From Pseudonocardiaceae bacterium (GTDB taxonomy: Bacteria; Actinomycetota; Actinomycetes; Mycobacteriales; Pseudonocardiaceae): 63,176 nucleotides of DNA. The notes under the pieces are model-generated. The model made no database searches, was not told where the DNA came from, and was given only the letters and a program-made list of their open reading frames with translations. The stretch covers positions 1 to 63,176 of the forward strand of contig JAVKSM010000002.1 in assembly GCA_039583705.1 (NCBI GenBank). Reading direction: 5' to 3'. This document shows, in pieces, positions 63,113 through 63,176 of the stretch. Each line of letters begins with the position of its first letter. Positions within the stretch are counted from its first letter, which is position 1. The translations under genes and the position numbers were made by a program.

Positions 63113-63176
63113 GATCCCACTACCCCCATGATGACCAACAGCCCGTCGACGGTAACCCGAACGGGTACCCTTGCGT

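Noticed and set aside
56810-63176. attR (a direct repeat of the tRNA-Lys 3' end) that would delimit the island
   Set aside because: Only an 8-nt chance match (GCGCACCA near 63,090, inside the LuxR gene) was seen. The island end is either beyond the window or eroded.

Overview
Very GC-rich, actinobacterial-type chromosomal window (63,176 bp), densely coding on both strands. All family calls below come from reading motifs by eye; no searches or folding programs were run.

Left to right, I can support:
- An AT-richer three-gene accessory operon: an XRE-HTH protein, an HExxH/DUF885-like protein and an AIG2/GGCT-like protein.
- Two decayed genes (a SAM methyltransferase and a DinB-like protein), then zwf and ppa.
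- An alternative-oxidase-like di-iron protein, divergent from a six-gene group-4-hydrogenase-like membrane complex. The 'large' and 'small' subunits of that complex have lost every Ni-Fe and proximal Fe-S cysteine (Ehr-type).
- A BluB-CobT fusion and an FGGY (gluconokinase-like) kinase.
- A complete selenocysteine locus: tRNA-Sec, selD with an in-frame UGA followed by a hairpin, selA and selB.
- A SigF-type partner-switching neighbourhood: one sigma factor, two RsbW-like kinases, two STAS antagonists and a WhiB.
- An orphan beta-grasp (multiubiquitin-like) gene, a GH15 hydrolase, an SDR, and a holin-X/DUF3618/DUF4235 triad.
- A seven-gene Mrp module in Mbh-like order, an ATP-dependent DNA ligase and a NiCoT transporter.
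- A yybP-ykoY (Mn) riboswitch in front of a UPF0016 exporter.
- A metallophosphoesterase-radical SAM fusion divergent from a sucrase/ferredoxin-like protein.
- A polyol/L-xylulose-type sugar cluster, then orn, tRNA-His and tRNA-Lys.
- A tRNA-Lys-adjacent integrase island holding gene debris (an rnc dsRBD fragment, an NB-ARC pseudogene, an IS3 remnant), two AT-richer tandem LGFP-repeat secreted paralogues with near-identical N-halves and diverged C-halves, and a TPR-LuxR regulator.

Several perfect short tandem duplications and one iteron-like array sit in divergent promoter regions. Most long Arg/Pro/Gly-rich ORFs in the supplied track are GC-driven shadow frames and are not reported. The best candidates for something new are:
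- the cysteine-less Ehr-type complex, together with its AOX and Mrp neighbours;
- the metallophosphoesterase-radical SAM neighbourhood;
- the constant-N/variable-C LGFP pair;
- the XRE/HExxH/GGCT operon.
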